Of a stretch of DNA of 64,000 bases, positions 1 through 9,167 are shown in pieces (the stretch's first letter is position 1; every line of letters begins with the position of its first letter). The translations under genes were made by a program, and so were the position numbers. Origin of the DNA: Candidatus Nomurabacteria bacterium (GTDB lineage Bacteria; Patescibacteriota; Minisyncoccia; Phycocordibacterales; UBA9973); the NCBI GenBank assembly GCA_029288805.1, contig JARIGO010000022.1:30754-94753 (forward strand), written 5' to 3'. Under the pieces are notes generated by a model that saw only the letters and a program-made list of their open reading frames with translations, was not told the DNA's origin and ran no database searches.

Positions 1-1418
1 CCTGATAAACTGGTACCCCGTTCCGATACGACAGTTTCCAAACCGTCCGGCAAGTTCTTGATAAGATCTTCGAGTTCAGCGGTATCAATAGCCTTCTGCA
101 GGTTTTCTTCCGTCACGGCAGAACTGAAGGCGATATTTTCCCGTATGGTCGTATTAAAGACGATACTATCCTGAAAGACAAAACCGACTTGCGCATGAAG
201 GGCGTGCTGATCATATTCAGTAATCATGTTGCCATCGTACAAAATGCGTCCTTCTGTCGGTATCAGCAATCCTGTCATTATATAGAGTAGCTGCGTCTTA
301 CCTGCCGCCGTAGGGCCGACAATGGCATTTCTGGTGCCTGGAGTGACACTAAATGAAATATCATCAAGCACTGATTTGTCTCCGTAGGTCATAGTAACTT
401 TTTCTACGGTTATTGCGCCTTTTAATGGAGTAGTAATGGTTCCGGTTTCTTCCGGTACAGGCGCAGACAATACCTTATAGAGACGCTGGTATGAAGCATT
501 GGCACGAGCAATAACATTACTCATAAAACCGATAATCAAAATTGGGAATATCAAGATAGCAATGTATGCATTGAATGCCGTAAAGTTACCAATGGACATG
601 TTACCAAAGATCACTGCGCGTCCTCCCACGTACACGACGATAACCACGGCCAAGTTTGCAACAAAACTTATGATAGGAATAAGAGCGGCAAAAAAGTTAA
701 CAATGTTCAAACCGTTATTCTTTGCTTCAGTATTTACAGTAAGAAATTTCTCATATTCATATTGCTGAGAATTCAATACTCGAATCAACGCAGAACCCAG
801 GATACTTTCATTAATGACCTTGTTGAGACGATCAATAATACCCTGCGTCTTTAAGAACAACGGCCTAACTCTGCCGAGCACCAAGAAGAACGTTCCGCCG
901 ATGATGGGAATAATGGCAAGAACGTACAATGCCAGCTTCCAATCAATAGTGATCAACAAGACGCTGACGCCAACAATGATAAATACTGAGGAAATAAGTG
1001 AGACGATTGCCTGAGAGACAAAGACCTTTATGGCATCGGAATCGGATGTAAGGTTTGTCAGCAAGACTGAAGGATTGGCTTCCTGGATATATGAAAAACC
1101 TTGCATGGAAATGGTCTTCATCAGTCTGTTGCGCAAGTCGCGTGCTACTCGCTCTGATGCGTAGGTTTGCATGATGTTCTGTGCGTAGGTAAAAATAAAA
1201 ATGCCGATAGCGGCAGCGCTGAATATCACAATGGTGCTATGAATGACGAGTGTGCCGGCCGTAAATTTATCCAGTGAGCTGGCGATGAGCTTTGGCACCA
1301 GCAAGGTAATACTGTTACTGACCAAAGCCAAGATGACAAGAACAATAAGCAAACCCCTGTACGGCTTCAGGAGTGAAAAGAGGCTCGGTGCGTGTTGTTG
1401 TTCAGGTTTAGTGCTCAT
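1..1418 (-). CDS. ABC exporter, fused permease/ATPase (3' end runs off the window)
   Basis: Not in the ORF track. ATG at 1418 overlaps the murG stop (MSTKPEQQHAPSLFSLLKPYRG...), followed by TM helices, Walker A GPTAAGKT and Q-loop VGFVFQD. Confidence 0.9.
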   Translation of the reverse strand, partial: MSTKPEQQHAPSLFSLLKPYRGLLIVLVILALVSNSITLLVPKLIASSLDKFTAGTLVIHSTIVIFSAAAIGIFIFTYAQNIMQTYASERVARDLRNRLMKTISMQGFSYIQEANPSVLLTNLTSDSDAIKVFVSQAIVSLISSVFIIVGVSVLLITIDWKLALYVLAIIPIIGGTFFLVLGRVRPLFLKTQGIIDRLNKVINESILGSALIRVLNSQQYEYEKFLTVNTEAKNNGLNIVNFFAALIPIISFVANLAVVIVVYVGGRAVIFGNMSIGNFTAFNAYIAILIFPILIIGFMSNVIARANASYQRLYKVLSAPVPEETGTITTPLKGAITVEKVTMTYGDKSVLDDISFSVTPGTRNAIVGPTAAGKTQLLYIMTGLLIPTEGRILYDGNMITEYDQHALHAQVGFVFQDSIVFNTTIRENIAFSSAVTEENLQKAIDTAELEDLIKNLPDGLETVVSERGTSLS

Positions 1419-2541
1419 GTTCAAGTGCGATAGCAATGGCTTCTGCAGCTATTTCTCGTGCTGCCTCCGGCTTATAGAAACTTCTGGCTTTTTCTGCCAT
1501 AGCGTCATAGTAATCTTTACGTCCGAGGATCAAATCTATTTCGTTTTTTAATACTGATGGAGTGAGATTCGATTCTTCGATAACGACGCATGCCCCGGTA
1601 CGTGCATAGTGATAGGCATTCTTGCGCTGATGGTCCCCATGAAATACTGCGGCACTACCTGGAATGATAATAGACGGCTTGCCCCATGCTGCAATTTCAT
1701 AGATTGAAGATCCTGCACGAGAGATGATAACATCCGCCGCTCCGCCAAACATCTTGGTTTGCAAGTCGTTGAAGTATGGAAAGATCTTGTAGCGTGTGCG
1801 CTTTACGTCATCACCAAGCAAGACTTCCGCATCGGTTTTCACCTCCTCAAAATTCTTCGGACCTGTTTGATGAATGATCTGATAGTGTTGGACTAACTCA
1901 ACAACAAGTGACGTAATGCTGTCATTAATGATCTTTGCACCAAGCGAACCGCCGATAACGCCGATGGTTGGAATACTGTCATCAAGCTCAAAGAATGCCT
2001 TGGCACCTTCCTTGGCAGAAAAAGCGATAGTCTTGCGAACAGGCTGACCAGTAATAGAAACTTTCTTTTCATCGAAATACTGTGCGGCTTCTGGATATGA
2101 CAAAGCTACGCGTCGTGCGAACTTGCCTGACCATTTGTTTACGCGACCTGGCACGGTATCAGACTCATGAACGATAACTGGTATGCGCAAGATGCGAGCT
2201 GCAACAAGCACAGGAAAGGCTGCATATCCTCCCTTACTGATAATGACATCTGGATACAAACTAAATAGTTTGAAGATAGCGCCAACAACACCAAATGCTG
2301 TCTTAAAAATATCAACAAAGTTTTGCCATGAAAAGTAGATGCGGAGCTTACCGGCAGTGATGGGAATATAGGTGATGAACTGTTCGTCCAGCTCCTTTTG
2401 GTTGTATGGAGCGTTGGACATGTAATACAGCTTGAACTTGGCAAACTTTTCCTCGTCAGCAATGCGGTTCAATTCTTCCGCTATGGCAATAAGCGGATAA
2501 AAATGTCCTCCAGTCCCCCCTCCAATCAACAAGATTTTCAT
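1408..2541 (-). CDS. murG: UDP-GlcNAc:lipid I transferase MurG
   Basis: GGGTGGH, HESD, GGSLGA and HQRKNA motifs; dcw context. Confidence 0.95.
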   Translation of the reverse strand: MKILLIGGGTGGHFYPLIAIAEELNRIADEEKFAKFKLYYMSNAPYNQKELDEQFITYIPITAGKLRIYFSWQNFVDIFKTAFGVVGAIFKLFSLYPDVIISKGGYAAFPVLVAARILRIPVIVHESDTVPGRVNKWSGKFARRVALSYPEAAQYFDEKKVSITGQPVRKTIAFSAKEGAKAFFELDDSIPTIGVIGGSLGAKIINDSITSLVVELVQHYQIIHQTGPKNFEEVKTDAEVLLGDDVKRTRYKIFPYFNDLQTKMFGGAADVIISRAGSSIYEIAAWGKPSIIIPGSAAVFHGDHQRKNAYHYARTGACVVIEESNLTPSVLKNEIDLILGRKDYYDAMAEKARSFYKPEAAREIAAEAIAIALEHEH

Positions 2542-2586
2542 ACGTCTGTATATTGTAGCGATTTTAAGGAGTTATAACAACATGAA

Positions 2587-2615
2587 TTGACTTTTTATAA
2601 AATAAATGATGTAAT
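2587..2615 (+). promoter_or_regulatory. sigma70-type promoter of the orphan membrane gene
   Basis: TTGACT-N17-TGTAAT. Confidence 0.6.
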
Positions 2616-2632
2616 CTTCAAAATTATTTGAA

Positions 2633-3205
2633 ATGGAAAATTTAAAACTTATAGGTGCAATTGTTGGCTTATTGGCTAACATCCCTCTTTTTATCGCTGT
2701 TTGGAAAGGATTAAAACAAAACTTTTCCACCTGGATGCTATGGACAATACTCGATATCATCACCACCGTCTCACTTATGAGGCAGCATGGAAATTATGAC
2801 CTATCAGGTATATACGTAGTAACTTCCTTTAGCATGAGCATGCTCTTATTGTTTAAAAAGGAAATATCATGGGAATTAACTGACACGTTAACTGTTGCTG
2901 GGGTTTTTATTTGTTTGGCTGTTTGGTATTTCTTGGGAGATGAAGCAACTACTATTGCAAGTACAGCAGCTGTGGTACTCTCAAGTTTTCCGCTGATAAA
3001 AGAGACATTCTGCAAGCCTGATGGCGGGGCAACAAAAATTTATTTTTATTTTTGTATTGCCAGTTTATTGGCACTTATCGGCGGTGATGATTTTAGCATA
3101 AAAGAATCATTATATCCTGCTGCTACATTAGGTTTTAGTTCGGTGTTGACCATACTGTCGTTAAGGAAAAATCCGACTCTAAAAGTTTTTAAAAGCCCTT
3201 CTTAG
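2633..3205 (+). CDS. Multi-pass membrane protein (PQ-loop-like), inserted antisense between ftsW and murG
   Basis: About 7 hydrophobic segments, AT-rich, with its own promoter and terminator. Confidence 0.75.
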   Translation: MENLKLIGAIVGLLANIPLFIAVWKGLKQNFSTWMLWTILDIITTVSLMRQHGNYDLSGIYVVTSFSMSMLLLFKKEISWELTDTLTVAGVFICLAVWYFLGDEATTIASTAAVVLSSFPLIKETFCKPDGGATKIYFYFCIASLLALIGGDDFSIKESLYPAATLGFSSVLTILSLRKNPTLKVFKSPS

Positions 3206-3214
3206 GGCTTTTTT
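3191..3214. terminator. Bidirectional intrinsic terminator
   Basis: AAAAGCCCT-TCTT-AGGGCTTTT between convergent genes. Confidence 0.75.
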
Positions 3215-3216
3215 CT

Positions 3217-4329
3217 TTATGCGCTTTTTTGATATCTTGAAACATTTAAGACAATACCGGAAGCAAAGAGGGCGATGGCAAGAGAGGTTCCCCCTTGGGA
3301 GACGAAGACAAGTGGCACGCCGGTTAGTGGAAAGAGTCCGACAAGAGATGCCATATTGAGGAAGGATTGTGAGACGAGCACTGTCACGATACCGACGACA
3401 AGATATTGTCCAAACATGTCTCGAGAATTAATGGCAATTTTGTACCCTCTGATAGCCAGGAAAACATACAACACTACAAGCAATGCACTGCCGATAAAAC
3501 CGAACTCTTCACCAATAACGGCATAAATAGAGTCACCTTGCGGTTCAGGCAAGTAATTGAACTTCTGAACGCTTTGCCCCAGTCCTCTACCGAGTATTCC
3601 TCCGCTACCGATGGCAATAAGACCTTGCTGGAGCTGATATGAGGAGCCTTGTGCATCACTGGAAGGATTGATGTACGTTTTGATACGACTCATGAGGTAT
3701 GGGCGAACGAGTGCCAAAAGCAAAATACCGACAAGACCAACAACAACGATAGAAATAATCTTCTTCCATGACACCCCTGATACGAACAGCATGCTACATG
3801 CTGCGGCAGTGATCAAAATAAGACTTTTGGTATCAGGCTGAAGCAACAATGCTCCGGCAACCAATCCAAGCATGACTGTAAACGGCAAAAGCTTGTATTT
3901 AAATTCCTCTTTTTTCTTACTGGTCCATGCGAGCCATGCTGCAAAGTACGTTACGAATCCCAGCTTTAGTATTTCTGCGGGTTGAAATGATACGCCTGCA
4001 ATTGAAATCCAGCGCCGGGCACCGCCGTGCCTAAACCCTAAGTGCGGAACAAAGACTGACAGTGTTAGCAGTAGCGTAATAATGAAGATAACAAATGCAT
4101 TGTTACGCCAAAAGTGATAGGGGATTTTTATTGCCAACCACAACAACGCCATGCCACCCACGAAACCAAGGACGATCTGGGCAAATAGCACCCCGTAAAA
4201 TTTCGCGTCACTTTGCGCCAGGATACCGAGAGAGGCAGAGACAAAAGAAATAATTCCGATTACGGAAATCAGAATGACAAGGCCAAAAAAGTACGTATCA
4301 AATTGTTTTGGTTTGACGACGACTGACAT
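3217..4329 (-). CDS. ftsW: SEDS peptidoglycan polymerase FtsW
   Basis: GARRWI, FQPAE, LLQPD, IGEEFG and PLTGVPLVFVSQGG motifs; start moved to MSVVV, just after the mraY stop. Confidence 0.92.
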   Translation of the reverse strand: MSVVVKPKQFDTYFFGLVILISVIGIISFVSASLGILAQSDAKFYGVLFAQIVLGFVGGMALLWLAIKIPYHFWRNNAFVIFIITLLLTLSVFVPHLGFRHGGARRWISIAGVSFQPAEILKLGFVTYFAAWLAWTSKKKEEFKYKLLPFTVMLGLVAGALLLQPDTKSLILITAAACSMLFVSGVSWKKIISIVVVGLVGILLLALVRPYLMSRIKTYINPSSDAQGSSYQLQQGLIAIGSGGILGRGLGQSVQKFNYLPEPQGDSIYAVIGEEFGFIGSALLVVLYVFLAIRGYKIAINSRDMFGQYLVVGIVTVLVSQSFLNMASLVGLFPLTGVPLVFVSQGGTSLAIALFASGIVLNVSRYQKSA

Positions 4330-4330
4330 A

Positions 4331-5398
4331 TTACTTACTAATGATAACAATTACTACGCCAATGATAGCCGCTATGATGGAAACGATCCAGTAACGCATG
4401 ACAACCTTTTCCTTTGACCAGCCCAAGGCTCTGAAATGATGATGCAATGGTGCGATCTTAAAGACGCGTCGCTTGCCGCAATACTTGTATGCGCCGACTT
4501 GCAGTATCACTGAAACAGTCGTAGCGGTTAATGGCAGTGCAATGATTGGTAGTAGCAGTACTGTATTGGTAAGAAACGCTATAACGGTCAGTACTACGGT
4601 CAATCCAAGCATGCCGGTCTCACCCATATAAAAACGTGCCGGAGGAATGTTGAACCAGAGAAATGCCAAAATGCCTCCTGATATGACACCGCACAGTGCC
4701 GCAATATCAATCTGGTGCTGTACGGCGGCGATGACTGCGTATGCGGCAAAGATAATGGCCAAGACCCCGCCTGCCAAACCATCAAGCCCGTCTATGACTG
4801 AGGTGGAAAAAACAGCAAGCATCACGATGATAAAAAATGGAATGAAGAGCCATCCGAAACTAAAGATGATATGCGTAAACGGAATGAGAATGCCGGTAAC
4901 GCCAAGCTTGAAATAAAACCATGACCCAACGGCAATACCGATAGCAACAATCATACCGATCTTGACCCAGCGATTGCTCAAGACATCACTGGATTTGTCC
5001 TTCAATGCGCCTTTTACCTGCAGCAAGTCATCAGCAAGACCGATTAAAGATCCCAATAGTAATGCACCGATTGGCACTACTGTCTGACTTTTACTGAAGA
5101 AATCCATTTTTTGTGAAAGATCTGAAGGAAAGACTTTTGAAATAACCCAAATCAATGTCATGCAAATAAGTACGGATAACCAAATGATAACGCCACCGAC
5201 ACGAGGAGTAGCAAGCTCTGCGCTGCCGTCATGCACCTTTTTAAACTCATCATTAGTAATGTCATGTTCCTGGGCGCGATTATTCTTCTTCCACAGTTTG
5301 TACTTGTACATTTGTGTCGTCAGTGTTGGCGTTATGAAAATACCGATAACGAATGCGAGCGTGGTTGGTATGAAGATTTTAATGGCGTCGAGTAGCAT
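4331..5398 (-). CDS. mraY: Phospho-MurNAc-pentapeptide transferase MraY
   Basis: TPRVGG, GLADD, DGLDGL, FYMGETG and APLHHHF motifs. Confidence 0.93.
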   Translation of the reverse strand: MLLDAIKIFIPTTLAFVIGIFITPTLTTQMYKYKLWKKNNRAQEHDITNDEFKKVHDGSAELATPRVGGVIIWLSVLICMTLIWVISKVFPSDLSQKMDFFSKSQTVVPIGALLLGSLIGLADDLLQVKGALKDKSSDVLSNRWVKIGMIVAIGIAVGSWFYFKLGVTGILIPFTHIIFSFGWLFIPFFIIVMLAVFSTSVIDGLDGLAGGVLAIIFAAYAVIAAVQHQIDIAALCGVISGGILAFLWFNIPPARFYMGETGMLGLTVVLTVIAFLTNTVLLLPIIALPLTATTVSVILQVGAYKYCGKRRVFKIAPLHHHFRALGWSKEKVVMRYWIVSIIAAIIGVVIVIISK

Positions 5399-5399
5399 A

Positions 5400-5921
5400 C
5401 TATTCTTGATTTAAAAGCGTGGTTATCTTAGCTACAGTTTCGGCGTACTGAGGCAGCTGATCAGTTTGGGAAACACCAAAGTGTTCAAGCAATGCTAATG
5501 TCGGATGATATGTTATTGCACGACCGTTACCTTGAGTTTCAATCAGTCCTCTGATCTGTAATGCACGTAATGAATATGATGCATTAACACCACGGATCAA
5601 TTCTATTTCCGCCTTTGTGGCGCCTGGCTTATAGACGACAATAGCCAATGTTTCTGCACTGGCCTTGCTGAGCTCTTTTTGGAGCTCTTCCTTACGAATA
5701 GTCTCAAGCACCGCACTGAATTCTGGTCGAGTAGCCAAGGTTACACTGTCCCCTTGCCTGACAAGCATCATGGCATGGCCTTCGAAATGTTGTGAAAGTG
5801 TCGCAAGCGCTTCCTCAACAGCTTCCTGAGTAGCATCTAAAAGTTTTGCCAATCCTGAGACAGTATATGAATCAGCAGTTGCGAAAAGAATGCTTTCAAT
5901 TGTGGTTGATAGGTTATTCAT
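5400..5921 (-). CDS. scpB: SMC-Scp subunit ScpB
   Basis: IESILFA, LSKASAETLAIVVYK and IRGVN motifs; start MNNLS overlaps the scpA stop. Confidence 0.9.
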   Translation of the reverse strand: MNNLSTTIESILFATADSYTVSGLAKLLDATQEAVEEALATLSQHFEGHAMMLVRQGDSVTLATRPEFSAVLETIRKEELQKELSKASAETLAIVVYKPGATKAEIELIRGVNASYSLRALQIRGLIETQGNGRAITYHPTLALLEHFGVSQTDQLPQYAETVAKITTLLNQE

Positions 5922-6687
5922 AGGAAGCTTCTGCGGAACTAGTATCAATCGGCTGCGCATCAACATTCTTTTGAAGTGAAATATCCTCAAAGAGATTGTT
6001 TTGTTCAGCCGCTATTAGTCCGCGTCGTACCAACTCTAGCATACCAAGAAATGAGACAATCGTGTAGACCTTCACGCTGTGGTCATCCTGATCCGGCGAC
6101 ATGACACGAATGGCATTGAAGCTTGTTGTCATGGCGCGTTCGATGCGCTCTTGTAATGTATTCAAAACTTCACTGATGGAAATAGTTTTGTAGACGCGTG
6201 CCTCTGGTTTCTTTGGAGCAGGCGGCGGCACGCGGCCAACCATATCAAGCACCAAGCCTGGCAACTGATCGAGCAACAATTTTTCATCTGGCGCAAAGAC
6301 AACTCCGCTCAAGCGTCGTACGCCTTCGAATGACACTTTCTTGCCGTATTGTTTGGTAAGCTCACCGGCAACCTGCCCTACGATTTGATACAGTGCTACA
6401 CGACGCTCAAGGTCAGTGATGGATTCTGTTTCCTCGGGTGTCAACTCGAGGTTTGGCAACAGTGAGCGTGCTTTTATTAAAATAAGCGTCGCCGCTACGG
6501 CCAAAAAGTTTGCCACCTCTCCAGGCTGCATACCGGCTGTTTGCATGTAGGTAATGAAGTCATCCGTTACAGCGGCAAGCGAAACGTCATTCACGAACAA
6601 CTTTCGCTTTTCAATCAGTTCCAGAAGCACCTCAACCGGCCCCTCAAAGATCTCCTGCTTTATCTTAAACGTAGTGTCAGTTTCCAT
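5914..6687 (-). CDS. scpA: Kleisin ScpA
   Basis: FEGPVEVLLELI, AATLILIKARSLLP and SFLGMLELVR motifs. Confidence 0.92.
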   Translation of the reverse strand: METDTTFKIKQEIFEGPVEVLLELIEKRKLFVNDVSLAAVTDDFITYMQTAGMQPGEVANFLAVAATLILIKARSLLPNLELTPEETESITDLERRVALYQIVGQVAGELTKQYGKKVSFEGVRRLSGVVFAPDEKLLLDQLPGLVLDMVGRVPPPAPKKPEARVYKTISISEVLNTLQERIERAMTTSFNAIRVMSPDQDDHSVKVYTIVSFLGMLELVRRGLIAAEQNNLFEDISLQKNVDAQPIDTSSAEASYE

Positions 6688-6726
6688 TTGCCTTCATAGT
6701 ATAACCTCTTTGTAAGGCTAAAGATA

Positions 6727-8151
6727 CTATTGTTTCGGCTTTTTTAGGACGATATGCAGTTCTTCTACCTGCTTTTCACTGATAGTGGACGGTGCGGACA
6801 TCATTGGATCCTTTCCTTCTCCAGTCTTTGGAAATGCCATGACTTCACGAATGTTTGGTTCATTCAAAAGCAGCATCATGAGACGGTCAAAGCCCCAGGC
6901 AATACCGCCGTGTGGAGGCGTGCCAAGCTTGAATGCCTGTAGCATGTGACCAAAGTCACTTTCAATAGTTTCAACTGAGTGGCCGAGCAATTCAAAAACC
7001 TTGGACAATGCTTCGAATGAGTGATTACGAATAGAACCTCCACCGATTTCAAAACCGTTCAAAACGATATCGTATTGCGTCGTAAGGATACTTCCTACGG
7101 CTTCCTTGTTCATGAGATTACTCATATGCTCTTCAATCGGTCGTGAAAATGGATTGTGCGTATACGTCCATTCACCTTGTGCGTCAGGGTTGTCACTCTT
7201 ACTGGTTGATTCGAAAAATGGAAAATCTATGACCCAGCAAAATGCGAGCGAGTTTGGATCTTCTTTGTCATTACGGATATCAGGACGGTCATTGCCATAC
7301 TGCTCCATGGCGTCTTTGTATGAAATACGAGGAAATGGAATCTCTTGGATTTTCTTTTCAGGAAAGAGCTTTTGCACAATGTTGATGAGCAATGCTTCGT
7401 TCATCTGCATCACGGCTTCGCGATCCACGAAACTCATTTCCATATCAAGCTGAGTGAATTCGGGCTGGCGATCTCCACGGCCGTCTTCATCACGCATGCA
7501 TTTTGCGAACTGGAAGTATCGTTCCACTCCACCAGTCATGAGCAGCTGCTTATACTGCTGCGGTGATTGCGGCAAGGCATAAAAATGATTTGGGTAGAGA
7601 CGTGAAGGAACAACATAGTCACGCGCACCTTCAGGGGTAGACTTTGTAAGAATAGGAGTTTCTACTTCGATGAACTTTTGGTCATGCAAAAAGTCACGTA
7701 CGTATTTTTGCACCTCATCGCGCTTTCGCATATTGCGCTGCATGCGGGCACTGCGAAGATCCAAGTAGCGGTGCTTCAAGCGAGATTCCTCACCTACTTC
7801 CTTGGTATCCACATTGATCTCAAACGGCAACGGTTCTGCTTTGTTTAAAATAGTAAGAGCAGTGATTTCCAATTCAATGTCACCATTCTGCTTGTCGGCC
7901 TGCACGTTGCGTTCTGGGCGCTTGTTGATGATACCCTCCACAGCTACGACAGATTCAGGACGGGCATCCTTTACAGCCTCAGCCATTTCAGCGGCGCGGT
8001 TTGGCAAAATAACACCCTGGATGTACCCAGTCATGTCACGGAAATCAAAAAAGACGAGCTTTCCCTGGTCGCGACGAACGTCGATCCAGCCTTTGAATAA
8101 AATAGTTTCTCCAACGTGCGCTCCCGCGTCACCAATATATGTGCGTTCCAT
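6727..8151 (-). CDS. aspS: Aspartyl-tRNA synthetase (short form without the GAD insert)
   Basis: PEGARDY, ALPQSPQ, DRQPEFTQ and PPHGGIAWGFDR motifs; 474 aa. Confidence 0.95.
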   Translation of the reverse strand: MERTYIGDAGAHVGETILFKGWIDVRRDQGKLVFFDFRDMTGYIQGVILPNRAAEMAEAVKDARPESVVAVEGIINKRPERNVQADKQNGDIELEITALTILNKAEPLPFEINVDTKEVGEESRLKHRYLDLRSARMQRNMRKRDEVQKYVRDFLHDQKFIEVETPILTKSTPEGARDYVVPSRLYPNHFYALPQSPQQYKQLLMTGGVERYFQFAKCMRDEDGRGDRQPEFTQLDMEMSFVDREAVMQMNEALLINIVQKLFPEKKIQEIPFPRISYKDAMEQYGNDRPDIRNDKEDPNSLAFCWVIDFPFFESTSKSDNPDAQGEWTYTHNPFSRPIEEHMSNLMNKEAVGSILTTQYDIVLNGFEIGGGSIRNHSFEALSKVFELLGHSVETIESDFGHMLQAFKLGTPPHGGIAWGFDRLMMLLLNEPNIREVMAFPKTGEGKDPMMSAPSTISEKQVEELHIVLKKPKQ

Positions 8152-8251
8152 AGTTCTCCCATTCTACCCGAAATAAGGCTTTTTTAAAAGCCTGGCCGCT
8201 TTGCAAGCATTGCATAGCACTGCCGAGATAAAGAAAAACTGAAGAGGAAAT

Positions 8252-8285
8252 AAAAAAGCCCTGGAACTATGTCCTAGGGCTTTTT
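8252..8285 (-). terminator. Intrinsic terminator
   Basis: A6-GCCCT...AGGGC-T5 directly after the stop of ORF 8288-8758. Confidence 0.7.
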
Positions 8286-8287
8286 GT

Positions 8288-8758
8288 TCAACTAAACACC
8301 GATGCGTACATGGGGTTTAACGGAACACGATAGCTTGTTTGGCCTTCAAGAGGCATAAACGGCAGATCTTTTTTGGTAACGGTCAATGTTCGCATGGAGT
8401 ACATGGGATCATAAGCACGATGCTCTACAGGATCTTTTTTCTGAAAGTGTGTAAAATGAAGAAGATGGACAACGCCTTTTGGCTCCTCATACAGTAAATG
8501 ATCGAGGGTACGGTTGCATACGACGAAATCTATCGCGTATTTCTTTTCATCTATAAAGACCTTGTAATGAGAACGGCCACCTTTGATCCCGGCCACAACA
8601 ACACCCATAAAAATTGCCAGTCCGGAGAATGGTGTTGCACAAATAGCCATCTCGCCGTCAGTAAAGTGAGGCCATACCTCATTAAATTTGCTTCCACTAC
8701 CGTGAAGCAGGCACTGTTCGTGCAGAACCGCCTTGTTAAGTATCTCTGTATTGTTCAT
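8288..8758 (-). CDS. Hypothetical protein, possible ADP-ribosyltransferase-like fold
   Basis: ORF with its own promoter (TTGACA-N16-CATAAT, 8776-8803) and terminator; LLHGS...ICATP pattern. Confidence 0.65.
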   Translation of the reverse strand: MNNTEILNKAVLHEQCLLHGSGSKFNEVWPHFTDGEMAICATPFSGLAIFMGVVVAGIKGGRSHYKVFIDEKKYAIDFVVCNRTLDHLLYEEPKGVVHLLHFTHFQKKDPVEHRAYDPMYSMRTLTVTKKDLPFMPLEGQTSYRVPLNPMYASVFS

Positions 8759-8841
8759 GCTGTTAATTTTTTATCATTATGAATAATTATCACTATTTGT
8801 CAAATATATTGCTTTCTTTGCATTGATGATATTCTTACTAT

Positions 8842-9138
8842 ATGCAAATACCCGAAAATGGCTTTTATTACCATTACAAACACGATGAAGCGAAGGGGTT
8901 CAATGATCATGCGTATGAGGTTTTTGGAATAGCCCGCCATACGGAAGAAAAAGGATTCTTGGTGCTATACAAGCCTCTATATGAAAACGATTGGTTTATT
9001 CCTGCCAACTACCAAGCACGTCCTTTGGATATGTTTAATGAAGATGTGATTATTGACGGAAAATCAGTTCCACGGTTTACAAAGATTACTGACCTGGAAC
9101 TGATAGAAAAATTAAAATTAGTCAAAAACACAATATAA
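8842..9138 (+). CDS. DUF1653-like small protein
   Basis: GFYYHYK...YEV.GIARHTE...VLY.PLY...RPL.MF...PRF pattern. Confidence 0.8.
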   Translation: MQIPENGFYYHYKHDEAKGFNDHAYEVFGIARHTEEKGFLVLYKPLYENDWFIPANYQARPLDMFNEDVIIDGKSVPRFTKITDLELIEKLKLVKNTI

Positions 9139-9164
9139 AAAGCCCAGAATATATCTGGACTTTT
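9137..9164. terminator. Bidirectional terminator
   Basis: AAAAAGCCCAGA...TCTGGACTTTT between convergent genes. Confidence 0.65.
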
Positions 9165-9167
9165 GTG